Under the pieces are notes generated by a model. It had not been told where the DNA came from, made no database searches, and saw only the letters and a list, made by a program, of their open reading frames with translations. From an uncultured Actinomycetota bacterium (GTDB taxonomy: Bacteria; Actinomycetota; Actinomycetes; Actinomycetales; Micrococcaceae), in NCBI GenBank assembly GCA_963775715.1, contig CAVZJX010000001.1, forward strand, positions 152,336 through 216,335: 64,000 nucleotides of DNA, in the 5' to 3' direction. Positions 1 through 10,559 of this stretch are shown here, in pieces; the first letter of the stretch is position 1; the number at the start of each line of letters is the position of its first letter. The translations under genes were made by a program, and so were the position numbers.

Positions 1-110
1 GGCCATGGTTGCCCCGTCGGGCGCTTTACGGTCCCGCCGGTTCCCCTCAATTCTAGCGGCGATTTCTACACGGCTGCGAACTCGCCGAGGCCCCGTCCGG
101 ACATGTTGTC

Positions 111-1595
111 CTAGACCGCAGGTGCCGTCCGTCCCTGCAGGGTTGCTTCGGTAGCGGCGGCGAGAGCCAGGAGGGCCCGTTCGCCGAAGGGCACAGCCAT
201 AAACTCGAGGCCGACGGGCAATCCTTCAGCTGTTTGTCCGGCCGGGATGGTGATTGCCGGGAAGAGGAGCTGGGATGCGATGACCGTGTTGGTCGGGTAG
301 GTCAAGCAGGTCCAGCGGTCAGCGAAGATGTCTTCGCGCGTGGGTGCCGGAAGCTTGGCGTCCGGGAAGGCGACGGCGTCGAGCCGGTTCTGCGCCATGA
401 TTCCGATCACCTGTCGCTGGAACGCGGTTTGGGCCAGGAGGCGTTCCACGTAGTGAGGGTCATCGGTGGGCTGTTCCGGACCGTCCACGATCGCCTCGAG
501 CAGGTCGAGCTTCTCGTGGTACTGCTTCGTCTCGATCAGAAACCGCATGGAGGGGATTCCGGCATCAGGGCGGGCCCCGACGAATTCGTTCATGTCCGAT
601 TGCGACCGAGTGGTGTAAAGCGAGGTGAAGCCGACCTGATCGTCGAGGTTGTCGATGGTGATGTCGATGAGCTCGGCGCCTGCCTCGCGCAGTGCGGTCA
701 GCGCCAGCTCGATGGCCTTGTTGACCTTGGCCCCGTCCGGGTCAGAGTCATCGCCGAACGCCTGGCGGAGGACCCCGATTCGCTTACCGGTCAGGGTGGC
801 GTCCTGAAGTGCGCTGGCGTAGGGCTCGACTTTGCCTGCAATGACGGCGGCCGCGGTGTAGTCGTCGGCTGGGTCGTAGCCGACCATCACATCAAGGAGC
901 CGGACGGCATCCCCCACGGTCCGGGTCATCGGCCCGGAGGTGTCCTGGGGCTTCACCAAAGCGGACATCCCTGCGCGGCTGATCAGCCCGGGAGTGACGC
1001 GGAGCCCGACGAGGCCGCAAAACGACGCTGGTAGGCGGATCGAGCCCCCGGTGTCCTCCCCGACTCCCACGAGTGAGAGGTTCGCCGCCACGGCAGCGGC
1101 GGTTCCGCTGGAGGATCCGCCGGGGTCACGTGAAAGGTCGTACGGGTTTTTGGTCACCCCGCTGCGCGAGGACGTCGAGAACCAAGACGTTGCGAAGTCG
1201 GGCAGCGTGGTCTTGCCGAGGATGATTGCGCCGGCGTCGCGGAGTCTTGCGATTGCGGTGGCATCCTGCTTGGGCTGATAGTCGCCGGATGCGATGCTGC
1301 CGAAAGTCGTGGGCAGGCCGGCGGTCTCTATCTGATCCTTGACGACGATCGGTACGCCGTGAAGCGGTCCTACGAGCCGGCCCGTTCGGGCGAGCTCCTG
1401 GTCAAGTTGTCGTGCTTCTTCCAGCGCGCTCTGCGAGACGGAGACCAACGAATTAAGCTCCGGTCCGGACCGGTCTATTCGTTGAATGCGGTCCAAGTAG
1501 GCGCTGACAAGGTCCTCGGCGGTGAATTCACCGCCGAGGAAGGCCTCGTGCGCCTGGGTGATGGTCAGCTCTTCGATGGGTCGTTCAATGGCCAT
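111..1595 (-). CDS. Amidase signature family protein
   Basis: VKD lysine motif, PGGSSSG and GEDTGGSIRLPAS amidase-signature motifs; 494 aa. Confidence 0.9.
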   Translation of the reverse strand: MAIERPIEELTITQAHEAFLGGEFTAEDLVSAYLDRIQRIDRSGPELNSLVSVSQSALEEARQLDQELARTGRLVGPLHGVPIVVKDQIETAGLPTTFGSIASGDYQPKQDATAIARLRDAGAIILGKTTLPDFATSWFSTSSRSGVTKNPYDLSRDPGGSSSGTAAAVAANLSLVGVGEDTGGSIRLPASFCGLVGLRVTPGLISRAGMSALVKPQDTSGPMTRTVGDAVRLLDVMVGYDPADDYTAAAVIAGKVEPYASALQDATLTGKRIGVLRQAFGDDSDPDGAKVNKAIELALTALREAGAELIDITIDNLDDQVGFTSLYTTRSQSDMNEFVGARPDAGIPSMRFLIETKQYHEKLDLLEAIVDGPEQPTDDPHYVERLLAQTAFQRQVIGIMAQNRLDAVAFPDAKLPAPTREDIFADRWTCLTYPTNTVIASQLLFPAITIPAGQTAEGLPVGLEFMAVPFGERALLALAAATEATLQGRTAPAV

Positions 1596-1688
1596 GGCTT
1601 CACTGTGCCTTAACCATGGCCCGCGAGGGAAGAGGCCCGGCTGAGCGCCGGAAGCGCCGCTCCCACCGGGGTGGGAGCGGCGCTTGGC

Positions 1689-4112
1689 CTAGTTGCTCGC
1701 GGCGCCTGCGGCGGCTGGGGCAGGGGTCCCGGAGGCGTCTGCCGCCCGGGCGAGCCGGATCCAGGTGTCCACCACGGTGTCCGGGTTCAGCGAGACGGAG
1801 TCGATGCCCTCCTCAACCAGCCACTGGGCGAAGTCCGGGTGGTCGCTCGGCCCCTGGCCGCAGATGCCCACGTACTTGCCGCGCGCCTTGCACGCCTTGA
1901 TGGCCATGCTCAGGAGCTTCTTGACGGCAGGGTTCCGTTCGTCGAAGCTGCCGGCGACGATGGCCGAATCCCGGTCCAGGCCCAGCGTCAGCTGGGTCAT
2001 GTCGTTGGAGCCGATGGAGAAGCCGTCGAAGTGGTCCAGGAACTCGTCCGCCAGCAGCGCGTTGGACGGAAGCTCGCACATCATGACGACCTCGAGGCCG
2101 TTTTCGCCGCGGCGCAGGCCGTTCTCGGCGAGCAGGTCGATGACGCCGCTGGCCTCGTCCAGGGTGCGCACGAACGGGATCATCAGCTTGACGTTGGTCA
2201 GGCCCATCTCGTTCCGGACAAAGGACAGCGCCTCGCATTCGAGGTCGAAGCAGTCCCGGAAGGACGGCTCCAGGTACCGGGAGGCGCCGCGGAAGCCGAT
2301 CATCGGGTTCTCTTCGTGCGGCTCGTAGGCCGGCCCGCCGAGCAGGTTGGCGTACTCGTTGGACTTGAAGTCGGACATCCGCACAATCACCGGCTCGGGC
2401 GCGAACGCGGCGGCGATGGTGGCCACCCCTTCGGCCAGGCGTTTGATGTAGTAGTCGCGCGGGCCGTCGTAGGCGGCGATGTGCTCCCTAATTTCCGCGA
2501 GCACGTCCGCGGGCTGCTCCTCCAGGTTCAGCAGCGCCTTCGGGTGGATGCCGATCTGCCGGTTGATGATGAATTCCAGCCGGGCCAGGCCCACGCCGTG
2601 GTTGGGGAGCTGGGCGAACGTGAACGCCTGTTCGGGGGTGCCGACGTTCATCATGACCTTTACCGGGGCCTCGGGCAGCTGGGTGATTTCGGTTTCCTCG
2701 ACGCTGAAGTCCAGGAGCCCTTCGTAGATCAGGCCGGTCTCGCCGTCGGCGCAGGAGACGGTCACCTCGACCCCGTCGGAGAGGGCCTCGGTGGCGTCCC
2801 CGGTGCCGACGACGGCGGGAATCCCCAGTTCCCGGGCGATGATGGCCGCGTGGCAGGTGCGTCCGCCGCGGTTGGTCACGATCGCGGAGGCGCGCTTCAT
2901 GATCGGTTCCCAGTCCGGGTCCGTCATGTCCGCGACCAGGACGTCGCCGGTCTTGAAGGCGGCCATCTGGTCGATCGCGGTGAGGATCCGGACGCTGCCG
3001 GCGCCGATCCGCTGGCCGATGGCGCGGCCCTCGACCAGGACCCTTCCGGATGCGTTCAGGCGGAAACGGCTCAGGCTGCCGGAGGTCCGGCGGGACTGCA
3101 CGGTTTCCGGGCGAGCCTGCAGGATGTACAGGCCGCCGTCGACCCCGTCCTTGCCCCATTCGATGTCCATCGGGCGTCCGTAGTGGTTTTCGATGGCGAC
3201 GGCGTGCCGGGCCAGCTGCTCGACGTCGTCGTCGTTAAGGCTGAAGCGGCTCCGCAGCGATGCCTCCACCGGCACGAAATCGATGGTGCGGCCGATCTCG
3301 CGGTTGTCCGTGTACGTCATCTGGAGCGCCTTTTCGCCCAGTCCGCGCTTGAGGATGGCCGGGCGCCCCGCCGCCAGGGCGGGCTTGTAGACGTAGAACT
3401 CGTCCGGGTTGACGGCACCCTGGACCACGGCCTCGCCGAGCCCGTAGGAGGAGGTGACGAAGACCGCGTCCTTGAACCCGGATTCGGTGTCCATCGTGAA
3501 CATAACGCCGGAAGCGCCGACGTCGGAACGGACCATCCGCTGGATACCCGCCGAAAGCGCCACCTCGGCGTGCTCGAACTTGTGGTGCACGCGGTAGGCG
3601 ATGGCCCGGTCGTTGTAGAGGGACGCGAAGACGTCCTTGATGGCGGCCAGGATGTTCTCGATGCCGCGGACGTTCAGGAAGGTTTCCTGCTGCCCGGCGA
3701 AGGACGCGTCGGGCAGATCCTCCGCCGTCGCGCTGGAACGGACGGCCCAGGACAGGTCCTCGGAGCCGCCGTGCTTGTCCACCAGCTTCTGGTACGCGTC
3801 GCGGATCTGCGCCTCGAAGTCGGACAGGAAGGGGGTCTCGCGCATCAGGGCGCGGATTTCCTGGCCCGCTGCCGCCAAAGCTGTCACGTCGTCGGTATCA
3901 AGGCCGACCAGCCGGTCCGCGATCTTCTGGTCCAGGCCGGAGTCGGCCAGGAAGCGGCGGTAGGCGTCCGCTGTCGTGGCGAAGCCGTCGGGCACCTGGA
4001 CGCCGGCGGAGGTCAGGTTCTGCACCATCTCGCCGAGGGAGGCGTTCTTGCCGCCCACCCGGTCCAGGTCCTTGAGGCCGAGTTCTGAGAACCACAGGAT
4101 GTCCGTCGTCAT
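1689..4112 (-). CDS. ppsA: Phosphoenolpyruvate synthase (pyruvate, water dikinase)
   Basis: [37 protein letters not shown] phospho-His and SIGSNDMTQ motifs; start placed at MTTDIL (4112), shorter than the ORF track. Confidence 0.96.
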   Translation of the reverse strand: MTTDILWFSELGLKDLDRVGGKNASLGEMVQNLTSAGVQVPDGFATTADAYRRFLADSGLDQKIADRLVGLDTDDVTALAAAGQEIRALMRETPFLSDFEAQIRDAYQKLVDKHGGSEDLSWAVRSSATAEDLPDASFAGQQETFLNVRGIENILAAIKDVFASLYNDRAIAYRVHHKFEHAEVALSAGIQRMVRSDVGASGVMFTMDTESGFKDAVFVTSSYGLGEAVVQGAVNPDEFYVYKPALAAGRPAILKRGLGEKALQMTYTDNREIGRTIDFVPVEASLRSRFSLNDDDVEQLARHAVAIENHYGRPMDIEWGKDGVDGGLYILQARPETVQSRRTSGSLSRFRLNASGRVLVEGRAIGQRIGAGSVRILTAIDQMAAFKTGDVLVADMTDPDWEPIMKRASAIVTNRGGRTCHAAIIARELGIPAVVGTGDATEALSDGVEVTVSCADGETGLIYEGLLDFSVEETEITQLPEAPVKVMMNVGTPEQAFTFAQLPNHGVGLARLEFIINRQIGIHPKALLNLEEQPADVLAEIREHIAAYDGPRDYYIKRLAEGVATIAAAFAPEPVIVRMSDFKSNEYANLLGGPAYEPHEENPMIGFRGASRYLEPSFRDCFDLECEALSFVRNEMGLTNVKLMIPFVRTLDEASGVIDLLAENGLRRGENGLEVVMMCELPSNALLADEFLDHFDGFSIGSNDMTQLTLGLDRDSAIVAGSFDERNPAVKKLLSMAIKACKARGKYVGICGQGPSDHPDFAQWLVEEGIDSVSLNPDTVVDTWIRLARAADASGTPAPAAAGAASN

Positions 4113-4263
4113 GGTTACTGCTCCTTTGCAGATGGTGGCGTGCTCTGTCGCCGCCCGGCGTCGGGCGGCGTTAGCTTGATGGGCGCGGGTCCTGTCCAGA
4201 GTGGCAGGTCGGCACCGGTGTTTCCATACGATGTGGTCCACGCAACACGCGTGAAGCTCGGCC

Positions 4264-5082
4264 TCAGTGCTTGAGGTTCATCTTCTGAAGGATGGTGGCT
4301 GCCATCTCCTCCACGGAGACGCTGGCCGAATTGAGGTAGGGGATTCCGTGGGACTTGTACAGCTGCTCGGCGCTGCGCAGCTCAAAGCCGCACTGCCGCA
4401 GCGACGCGTAGGGCGAGCCGCGGCGGCGTTCGGTGCGGACCTGGCTCAGCCGCAATGGGTTGGTGGTGAGGCCGAAACACTTGGACACGAACGGCCGCAG
4501 CGGCCGGGGCAGGCCCTCGCGCTCAAAGTCCTCGTCCACCAGCGGGAAGTTTGCGGCGAAGATGCCGTGCTGCAGCGCCAGGTACATGGTGGTGGGCGTC
4601 TTGCCGCAGCGGGACGGGGCCACCAGGATCACCTGTGCCTTTTCGAGCGCGCGCAGGCTCTGCCCGTCGTCGTGCTCCATGGCGTATTCGACGGCCGCCA
4701 TCCGGGACTGGTACCGGGCGGCGTTGCCCAGCCCGTGGGCCCGGCCCGGTTCCCCGCTGGCTTCGGTTCCCAGGGCCCGTTCCAGTTGCCCGACGTGCGT
4801 TCCGATCAGGTCCACGAGGATGGCCTGGCAGGTGCCCAGCGTCTGGCGGATGTCGCTGCCGACGGCGGTGGAGAAGACGATCGGCTGCGGGCCCGTGGCG
4901 GCGAGGTTGTCGATGATTTTGACGACGGCACGTGCCTGGGCGACGGTGGTGATGAAGGGGACCGTGATGCGGTCGAAGTCGTTCTCGGGGAACTGCGTGA
5001 GCAGGGTGTTGCCGAGCGTTTCCGCGGTGATGCCCGTACTGTCCGACAGGAAGTAGACCGGGCGGGGAGCGTCATTGGTCAT
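4264..5082 (-). CDS. ppsR: PEP synthase regulatory kinase/pyrophosphorylase (DUF299)
   Basis: [10 protein letters not shown]-terminus, [16 protein letters not shown]-loop; directly upstream of ppsA. Confidence 0.92.
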   Translation of the reverse strand: MTNDAPRPVYFLSDSTGITAETLGNTLLTQFPENDFDRITVPFITTVAQARAVVKIIDNLAATGPQPIVFSTAVGSDIRQTLGTCQAILVDLIGTHVGQLERALGTEASGEPGRAHGLGNAARYQSRMAAVEYAMEHDDGQSLRALEKAQVILVAPSRCGKTPTTMYLALQHGIFAANFPLVDEDFEREGLPRPLRPFVSKCFGLTTNPLRLSQVRTERRRGSPYASLRQCGFELRSAEQLYKSHGIPYLNSASVSVEEMAATILQKMNLKH

Positions 5083-5210
5083 GAACGCATTGTGCACCAA
5101 CGGAGGCCGCGCGGTCTTCCCTGACGCATGCGTTTAGCGCCCGGGGGCCGCCGGGGCGCCGGCCGGACTGCGGGGAGTAGGCTGTGACCCACATCGCCGA
5201 AGGAGGCCGC

Positions 5211-5414
5211 ATGAGCTACAAATATCGGACTGTCAGAGTCCGCGGTACGGACCTGGTGGGCACCATTGCGCGCAGGCACGGGGGTGCGCCCGAAATCTAC
5301 GAGACCTCGAAGGACCCGAGCACCTCTGTGGTTCCCGTGTTCTTTCCGGAAACCGGCGAGATCCGCTTCTTCGACCGGTCCGTGCTGCAGGACGTTATAA
5401 GCCCGGCCGGCTAG
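5211..5414 (+). CDS. Small hypothetical protein
   Basis: AGGAGG RBS before ATG 5211; GC3-biased codons; 67 aa. Confidence 0.65.
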   Translation: MSYKYRTVRVRGTDLVGTIARRHGGAPEIYETSKDPSTSVVPVFFPETGEIRFFDRSVLQDVISPAG

Positions 5415-5596
5415 GAGGCTCAGGCGCGTGGTCCGTCCGTCGGCCGGGCTGGTCGGCCTTGCAGACGCGGATACCAGAACGGGGCAGTGGCTACCAACCC
5501 AGCGCTCCGGCGTCGTCCGTCCAGGCGGCAACCACGCGGCTGAATCGACACGAACTATTGCCTTCGGACTCCGTTTGGCCCAGGCATACCTGTGCT

Positions 5597-5923
5597 TCAA
5601 ACCGCCGGGCCGGCACCGTTGGCGGCCCGGCCGCCGCGGGGTGACACGCTCATAGCTACCGTCACTGTGTCGCCGTCGCCGAACCGTTCCTTCGTGCGGA
5701 CGTCCTTTTTCACGGGCAGCACGTATTCACCGTTGCGGGGCAGCAGTGAGGTCTCCCATTCGGTGGCGCCGATTCGCACGCGCACCGGGATGGCGCCCCA
5801 TCCGTAGGTGGCCGCCGCTGCCTCGGCCCGGACGTAGTCGCATACGTCCGCAGGCAGGGCCAGCCAGTAGAACGGCGCCGGACCACGCCATTCGAACAGT
5901 TCCGCGCTGAAGTTCGAGTCCAC
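5597..5923 (-). CDS. DUF1905 family protein
   Basis: FSAELFEWRGPAPFYW...WGAIPVRVRIGATEWETSLLP...YVLPVKKDVR pattern. Confidence 0.85.
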   Translation of the reverse strand: MDSNFSAELFEWRGPAPFYWLALPADVCDYVRAEAAAATYGWGAIPVRVRIGATEWETSLLPRNGEYVLPVKKDVRTKERFGDGDTVTVAMSVSPRGGRAANGAGPAV

Positions 5924-6251
5924 GTCACGAAACGGTAATGGCGGGACCTCGCGGTATCAACCCTTTTGGGAGCCTTTGCCTCACGGAAGTCGCTGATTTT
6001 CGGGCCAACTCGGAACCCGGGAACGACCCACCACGCTGCGGAACCGGTCGTTGCCGGAAACTGGTCACCGGCCCCTCGGCGGCCACTGGCGTTGTTCCAC
6101 GTGGGGGTTTGTAGCGAGCCTTGGGAAACGATCTCGGGGCCTCAGCTGACTTCAAGGCTCGCCTCGGAGATCGTGGTGGCCTCCATGGTGGCCTTGCCTC
6201 GTTATCTGATGCTGTTACCCGGTGGCGAAGGAGGCGTGCCAGCAACAGTGA

Positions 6252-9200
6252 CTATATTTTGACGCTATCCCTGCCGTTTGGGGCGGTCCGTTCCCGTTCG
6301 GCAGCAACTTCCCTGAACATCTTTGCAACGGCGTGTCCTTCGCCGTGTCCGAGTCGTGAGATCTCTAAGACCCTTCCGGCCAGCGCGATTTTTAGGGTCT
6401 CGCCGGAACTTCGTTTGCCCAGCACGACTGACTCGATCAAATGCTGCGCTAGGTTGGTCACCCCTGTCGAGCCGTCTGTATCGTCCGGGGCGAATATGAG
6501 CCGCGTCGCTGTGAGGACAACGAAGCCGGGCTCGCCGTTGAGGTGCCCTTTCCCCACCGCGTGGACGACATCGTGTGGGTCCAAGAGGTCAACGATCCGT
6601 CGGGAGGCTTTCTTACCGCTGAGAACGAGTCCCGCCTTGGCCGCCGCTTCTGTGAGGCCGTGGTAATAAATGGCGTCCTCGGGGAGGCTCTCTTCGACAT
6701 CGAGCAGTAGACGGTTGAGTTCAGCTCCGGCGTCGTCCGACGTCCATTCGATTTCAATGTGCCGGCCTCTGGCCTTCACTGCGCCGGACAAGCAGGCAGG
6801 CCGCCGCCGACGGCGGAGAGAGCGGGGCACGTGGACGCGTAGCTCCGTGCCTTTCGGGGTTTCCATTCTGTAGCCTGCTTTTTCAGCGGCGCGGTGAATT
6901 AGCTGTCGCGCTTCGTTGGCGTCTGACATTAAGGTCCAGAGGACGCTTTCAGGAGCCTGGGCAGCCGGTTGTTCGGTGGTCAGTGATGGGCACGAACTTC
7001 CGAGTTGTTTTTCGAGCTCCGAGGCATCCATCGGCTTCCCAAGAAAGAACCCTTGGGCGCGGTCGCAGCCAACCTTCCTCAGGGCGGCGAGCTGTTCCGA
7101 TGCCTCTACCCCCTCCGCGACTACGAGCAGTCCAAGTCCGTGGGCCAGCCCGACGATTCCGGCGATGAAGGCATCGGATCCGTCTTCACCGAGCCGCGTG
7201 GTGAAGGATCTGTCGATTTTGACCTCCGTGACCGGCAGCCTGTGCAGCTGGGCGAGGGAGGAATAGCCGGTGCCGAAATCGTCAATGGAAATTCCCACTC
7301 CAAGGCCGCGGAGCTCGCGAAGGTTGCGGTCGTTCACGGTGGACTCGGTCATGGCCTGGGACTCGGTGACTTCGAGGGTGAGAGCGGCGGCGGGGAGCTT
7401 GGTTTGGGCCAGGACTTCCCGGACCAGCGCTGGGAAGCTGGCGTCGCTGAGCTGGACGGAGGACACGTTGACGGAGATTTCCATCGGGTGACCCGCTGCC
7501 TGCCAGCCGGCGCCCGCTCGGCAGGCTGCCGAGAGGACGTATTCGCCGACCTCGGCTATGAGGTTGCTATCTTCGGCCAGAGGAATGAACTCTCCCGGCG
7601 CCAATAGGCCAAGTTCTGGATGTTCCCACCGGACCAGCGCTTCGGCGGCGATTATTGTCTTCGTCGTCATGTCGAATTGGGGCTGGAATTGGACGCGCAG
7701 CTCTCCGCGGCCGGCGGCGCCGCGGAGGTCGGATTCGAGCCGCAGGTAGTCCGTGCTCCGGTTTCTTGGCAGGGATTGTCCCCTAGCCCCAGCCTTCGCC
7801 CGATACATCTCGCAATCCGCTTTCGCCACAAGGCGCCGGCCCGCTTCTGCATGCGAGACAGCCGTCTCGCTGAGGCTGGCTCCGCCGACCGTCGATCCGA
7901 TGGCAACGTCGAGGAACACCTTGCTGCCGTCGATCTCTACAGGTTCGGCCAGGCTCGAACGGATTCTGGCGGCCACGTGGTCGACCTCCGAAAGGGCGTC
8001 GAGGTCGGGCAGGAGGACCACAAACTCGTCACCGCTGTAGCGGGCGACAGTATCCACTTCCCGCACCGCCCCCTGCAACTGGGCAGCGACGTGGCAAAGT
8101 ACAGCGTCACCCGCATGGTGCCCGAGACTGTCGTTGATCCTCTTAAACCGGTTGACGTCGCAGAAGAGGAGACCGACTTGGCGCCCGGTACGGGCGGCCT
8201 GGGCGAGGGCGGTCTCCAGGCGGTCCTCCAGCAGCGCCCTGTTCGGCAGGCTGGTCAACGGGTCATGCAGTGCCTGTCTGCGGGCGTCCTCGAGGAGCCC
8301 GATTTTTTCCAACGCCACAGCAGCCAAGGAGCCCAGACCGCTGAGGCGGGCGGTGAGTGCGCCGTCGAGGCTGTCAGGGGCCGGCCCGGCCCAGTGGGCC
8401 AGTACGAGCCCGGTAAGCTGGTCGCCGTTTACGATCGGCACGGCAGCCAGCGCTGCAATGTCGAACTCGTTAAGCATGCCGCGGGCCCACTCCGACCCGC
8501 TCATGTCCACCAGCATCGGTGAACGGCTGGCAAGCAAGTGGGTAAGTTCGGGGCTTTCCTGAGCGTCGACGATGTAGGTAGCGAGCCGATCGGCGAGCTC
8601 ACCGTGCCAGCCGCTCATCCCCGCGATCTCGAGACGACCAGCCTCGGGATCCAAAAGGGCGATTGCGGACCTGTCGGCGCCGGAGAGGGCGGGGACGGCG
8701 TCGGCAATTGAGCCTGCAAGCGCCGGTACGGTGGTGTGTTCGGCCAGCGAATTCGAGACGTTGAGCAGCAGATGAGCCGTCTCTGCGTGTTCCCGGGCAT
8801 CAGCGACAACGCCGGCGATATCGAGGCTGACAGCGGCGTGCCGCGCATAGGCTGCCAGGGCGTCGGCGTCATCGGGAAAGAACTCCTGCCCCGTATGCGC
8901 CACGGCCGCTAGGACGCCGTAAAAGTGTTTCGCCGACTCGACCGGGACGCTGATGGCAGGCAGTCCGTCCAACGCGGCGGCATCCCGGTCGAGAGCAGTT
9001 CCGTCCTCATTCAGCGCCGCCGCCAAGATTTCCCCCAGACCGCGGGTCCGCACATGGCGGCCACCGGCGGGCGTCCGGACGGCGAGCAAGTGGCCGGGTG
9101 CGTGTACTGCGCTGTCCGTCCGGTCCAGGAGTCGGTCGAGGATCTCTTCCAGGGAGCCGTTGCTCGCCAGGTCCGCCGCGGCGCCCTCGAGGGTGTGCAG

Positions 9201-9872
9201 CCTGTGCTCGGCCGTCGAACGGCGATCGGTGAGCGCCTCTCTGTTTGGGGCGGGTTTGCACAGCAGAGCACGCAGCCGCTGAAGGGGGGACACGGTCCAC
9301 GTCACCTCGTAGCGGCACTCGGCGGCACCCGTGACCTGGCAAGCGGCCCCGTGCTCCACGCGCGCCCGGGGGAGCCCGAAGAGGGCCGGGACCTGGGAAA
9401 GGAACCCGATTTGGCTGTCGCAGTCGACCCGGTTGGGTACGTTGGGCGGCAGTACTTTCCAGCAGAGCGTGGCCGATCCGTCGTCTGCACGCTCACAAGT
9501 GAGCATGGTCGCGGAATCAAAATGCGTCGAGAAGGCGGAGACGCCGCGGAACGTCGCCGCCGGTGAGCCTAGTTCCCGGCTCAGTCGGCGCCATGGTTCC
9601 ATTGCGGCGTCCTGAAGCGACGCGGGCCCGAGTCGCAGCCCGAGCCGGGGGTCCCTGAGTTCAGCCGCGGCGGCATCGAAGAGTCGAAGCTTGTCCGGAT
9701 AGGAAATCCTCCGGTCCGCGCTCCGGAGCTCCTCCCGCCGGCCACTCAGCTGTGCCCGCTGCAGGACCCGCTCAACGCCGCCCGGGCCGGCTTGCTCGGC
9801 CACAACTTGCAGCAGGACGCGCGTAATCCCCGTTGACGTCCCGGGCACCGCATTGTTTTTCGTTGTCATCAA
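6252..9872 (-). CDS. Multi-domain diguanylate cyclase/phosphodiesterase: V4R-like sensor, 2 GAF, GGDEF (SGDEF), EAL, plus C-terminal module ending in a bacterial PH-like domain
   Basis: HDPLTSLPNR, DVNRFKRINDSLGH, RYSGDEF, AEALVRW and IDDFGTGYSSL motifs; Cys pattern CD..CQxxGAxEC near the N-terminus; 1206 aa. Confidence 0.88.
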   Translation of the reverse strand: MMTTKNNAVPGTSTGITRVLLQVVAEQAGPGGVERVLQRAQLSGRREELRSADRRISYPDKLRLFDAAAAELRDPRLGLRLGPASLQDAAMEPWRRLSRELGSPAATFRGVSAFSTHFDSATMLTCERADDGSATLCWKVLPPNVPNRVDCDSQIGFLSQVPALFGLPRARVEHGAACQVTGAAECRYEVTWTVSPLQRLRALLCKPAPNREALTDRRSTAEHRLHTLEGAAADLASNGSLEEILDRLLDRTDSAVHAPGHLLAVRTPAGGRHVRTRGLGEILAAALNEDGTALDRDAAALDGLPAISVPVESAKHFYGVLAAVAHTGQEFFPDDADALAAYARHAAVSLDIAGVVADAREHAETAHLLLNVSNSLAEHTTVPALAGSIADAVPALSGADRSAIALLDPEAGRLEIAGMSGWHGELADRLATYIVDAQESPELTHLLASRSPMLVDMSGSEWARGMLNEFDIAALAAVPIVNGDQLTGLVLAHWAGPAPDSLDGALTARLSGLGSLAAVALEKIGLLEDARRQALHDPLTSLPNRALLEDRLETALAQAARTGRQVGLLFCDVNRFKRINDSLGHHAGDAVLCHVAAQLQGAVREVDTVARYSGDEFVVLLPDLDALSEVDHVAARIRSSLAEPVEIDGSKVFLDVAIGSTVGGASLSETAVSHAEAGRRLVAKADCEMYRAKAGARGQSLPRNRSTDYLRLESDLRGAAGRGELRVQFQPQFDMTTKTIIAAEALVRWEHPELGLLAPGEFIPLAEDSNLIAEVGEYVLSAACRAGAGWQAAGHPMEISVNVSSVQLSDASFPALVREVLAQTKLPAAALTLEVTESQAMTESTVNDRNLRELRGLGVGISIDDFGTGYSSLAQLHRLPVTEVKIDRSFTTRLGEDGSDAFIAGIVGLAHGLGLLVVAEGVEASEQLAALRKVGCDRAQGFFLGKPMDASELEKQLGSSCPSLTTEQPAAQAPESVLWTLMSDANEARQLIHRAAEKAGYRMETPKGTELRVHVPRSLRRRRRPACLSGAVKARGRHIEIEWTSDDAGAELNRLLLDVEESLPEDAIYYHGLTEAAAKAGLVLSGKKASRRIVDLLDPHDVVHAVGKGHLNGEPGFVVLTATRLIFAPDDTDGSTGVTNLAQHLIESVVLGKRSSGETLKIALAGRVLEISRLGHGEGHAVAKMFREVAAERERTAPNGRDSVKI

Positions 9873-10250
9873 ATTTCCCCATTAGTGAACCTGGGCCAGC
9901 GGCCACAGAAAACTTGTCGTTCCGCACGTGGGCGGCATCGCGCGTTTACTGCGGGCGGGGATTCGAGGAGAGCGCTACGGCTGCATCACGCAGGGCTGGG
10001 CAGGGCACCAAAATGGGAGAGGGAGACATGCCGGAGACCTTTGCTGTTCGGTAGCCCGGCTGACCTCGTGGGCCCCGTGGCTTTGCGTCCCCGGCTCGCA
10101 CCGGGTTTGCCCTTATCGATGAGCGGATGCCCTATCGAGGGTCACGATAGCAAAAAACATCCAAATGTTTGCCGCCCTTGGGAACCCGGGAGCTAGGAGC
10201 GCAGCGAGAGTTTGTTGGTGCTGCGTTACCGCGGGACCTTCTCCAGCAAG

Positions 10251-10302
10251 AGCAAAGGCCCCTGCCTCCCTTGTAAACAAAGGGAAGCAGGGGCCTCGCT
10301 AT
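10251..10302 (-). terminator. Intrinsic terminator-like hairpin, left copy
   Basis: ggcccctgcctccctt..aagggaagcaggggcc stem followed by TTTGCT on the minus strand; one substitution versus the copy at 31939-31990. Confidence 0.75.
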
Positions 10303-10303
10303 C

Positions 10304-10330
10304 TGGCGGTGACGGTGGGATTTGAACCCA
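10304..10330 (-). repeat. att core (duplicated tRNA-Ser 3' end, tRNA-distal junction)
   Basis: tggcggtgacggtgggatttgaaccca, identical to 31993-32019 (27 bp). Confidence 0.93.
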
Positions 10331-10445
10331 TTTCATCATCCCCGCAGTTTCGCGGAAAATCCTCAAAAGCCTTGGTTTTCCAGCTAAACGGGGGACTTTT
10401 GGTCACACTCTGCAACAGGTGAAAACACCACGTCACAGTGATTCC

Positions 10446-10464
10446 TTTGCCAATTCTTTGCCAA
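10446..10464. repeat. Tandem TTTGCCAA repeat, probable integrase arm-type site (left)
   Basis: tttgccaattctttgccaa, exact copy at 31902-31920; both copies lie inside the element near the cores. Confidence 0.7.
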
Positions 10465-10559
10465 GGAACCGATCCCGTTGGGCTAGGTCCAGCCCGCTGG
10501 CTACGGTGTTCAGGCCCGCCCTTGAACAGACGTGGGAAGGGCGGAATCGGGCGACGCGT

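Noticed and set aside
1671-4088. 805-aa + strand ORF, and similar long ORFs at 32459-34144, 40308-41879, 50062-51948, 52940-53989, 57875-59947 and 60085-61587
   Set aside because: Antisense shadows of real high-GC3 genes; no motifs and biased composition.
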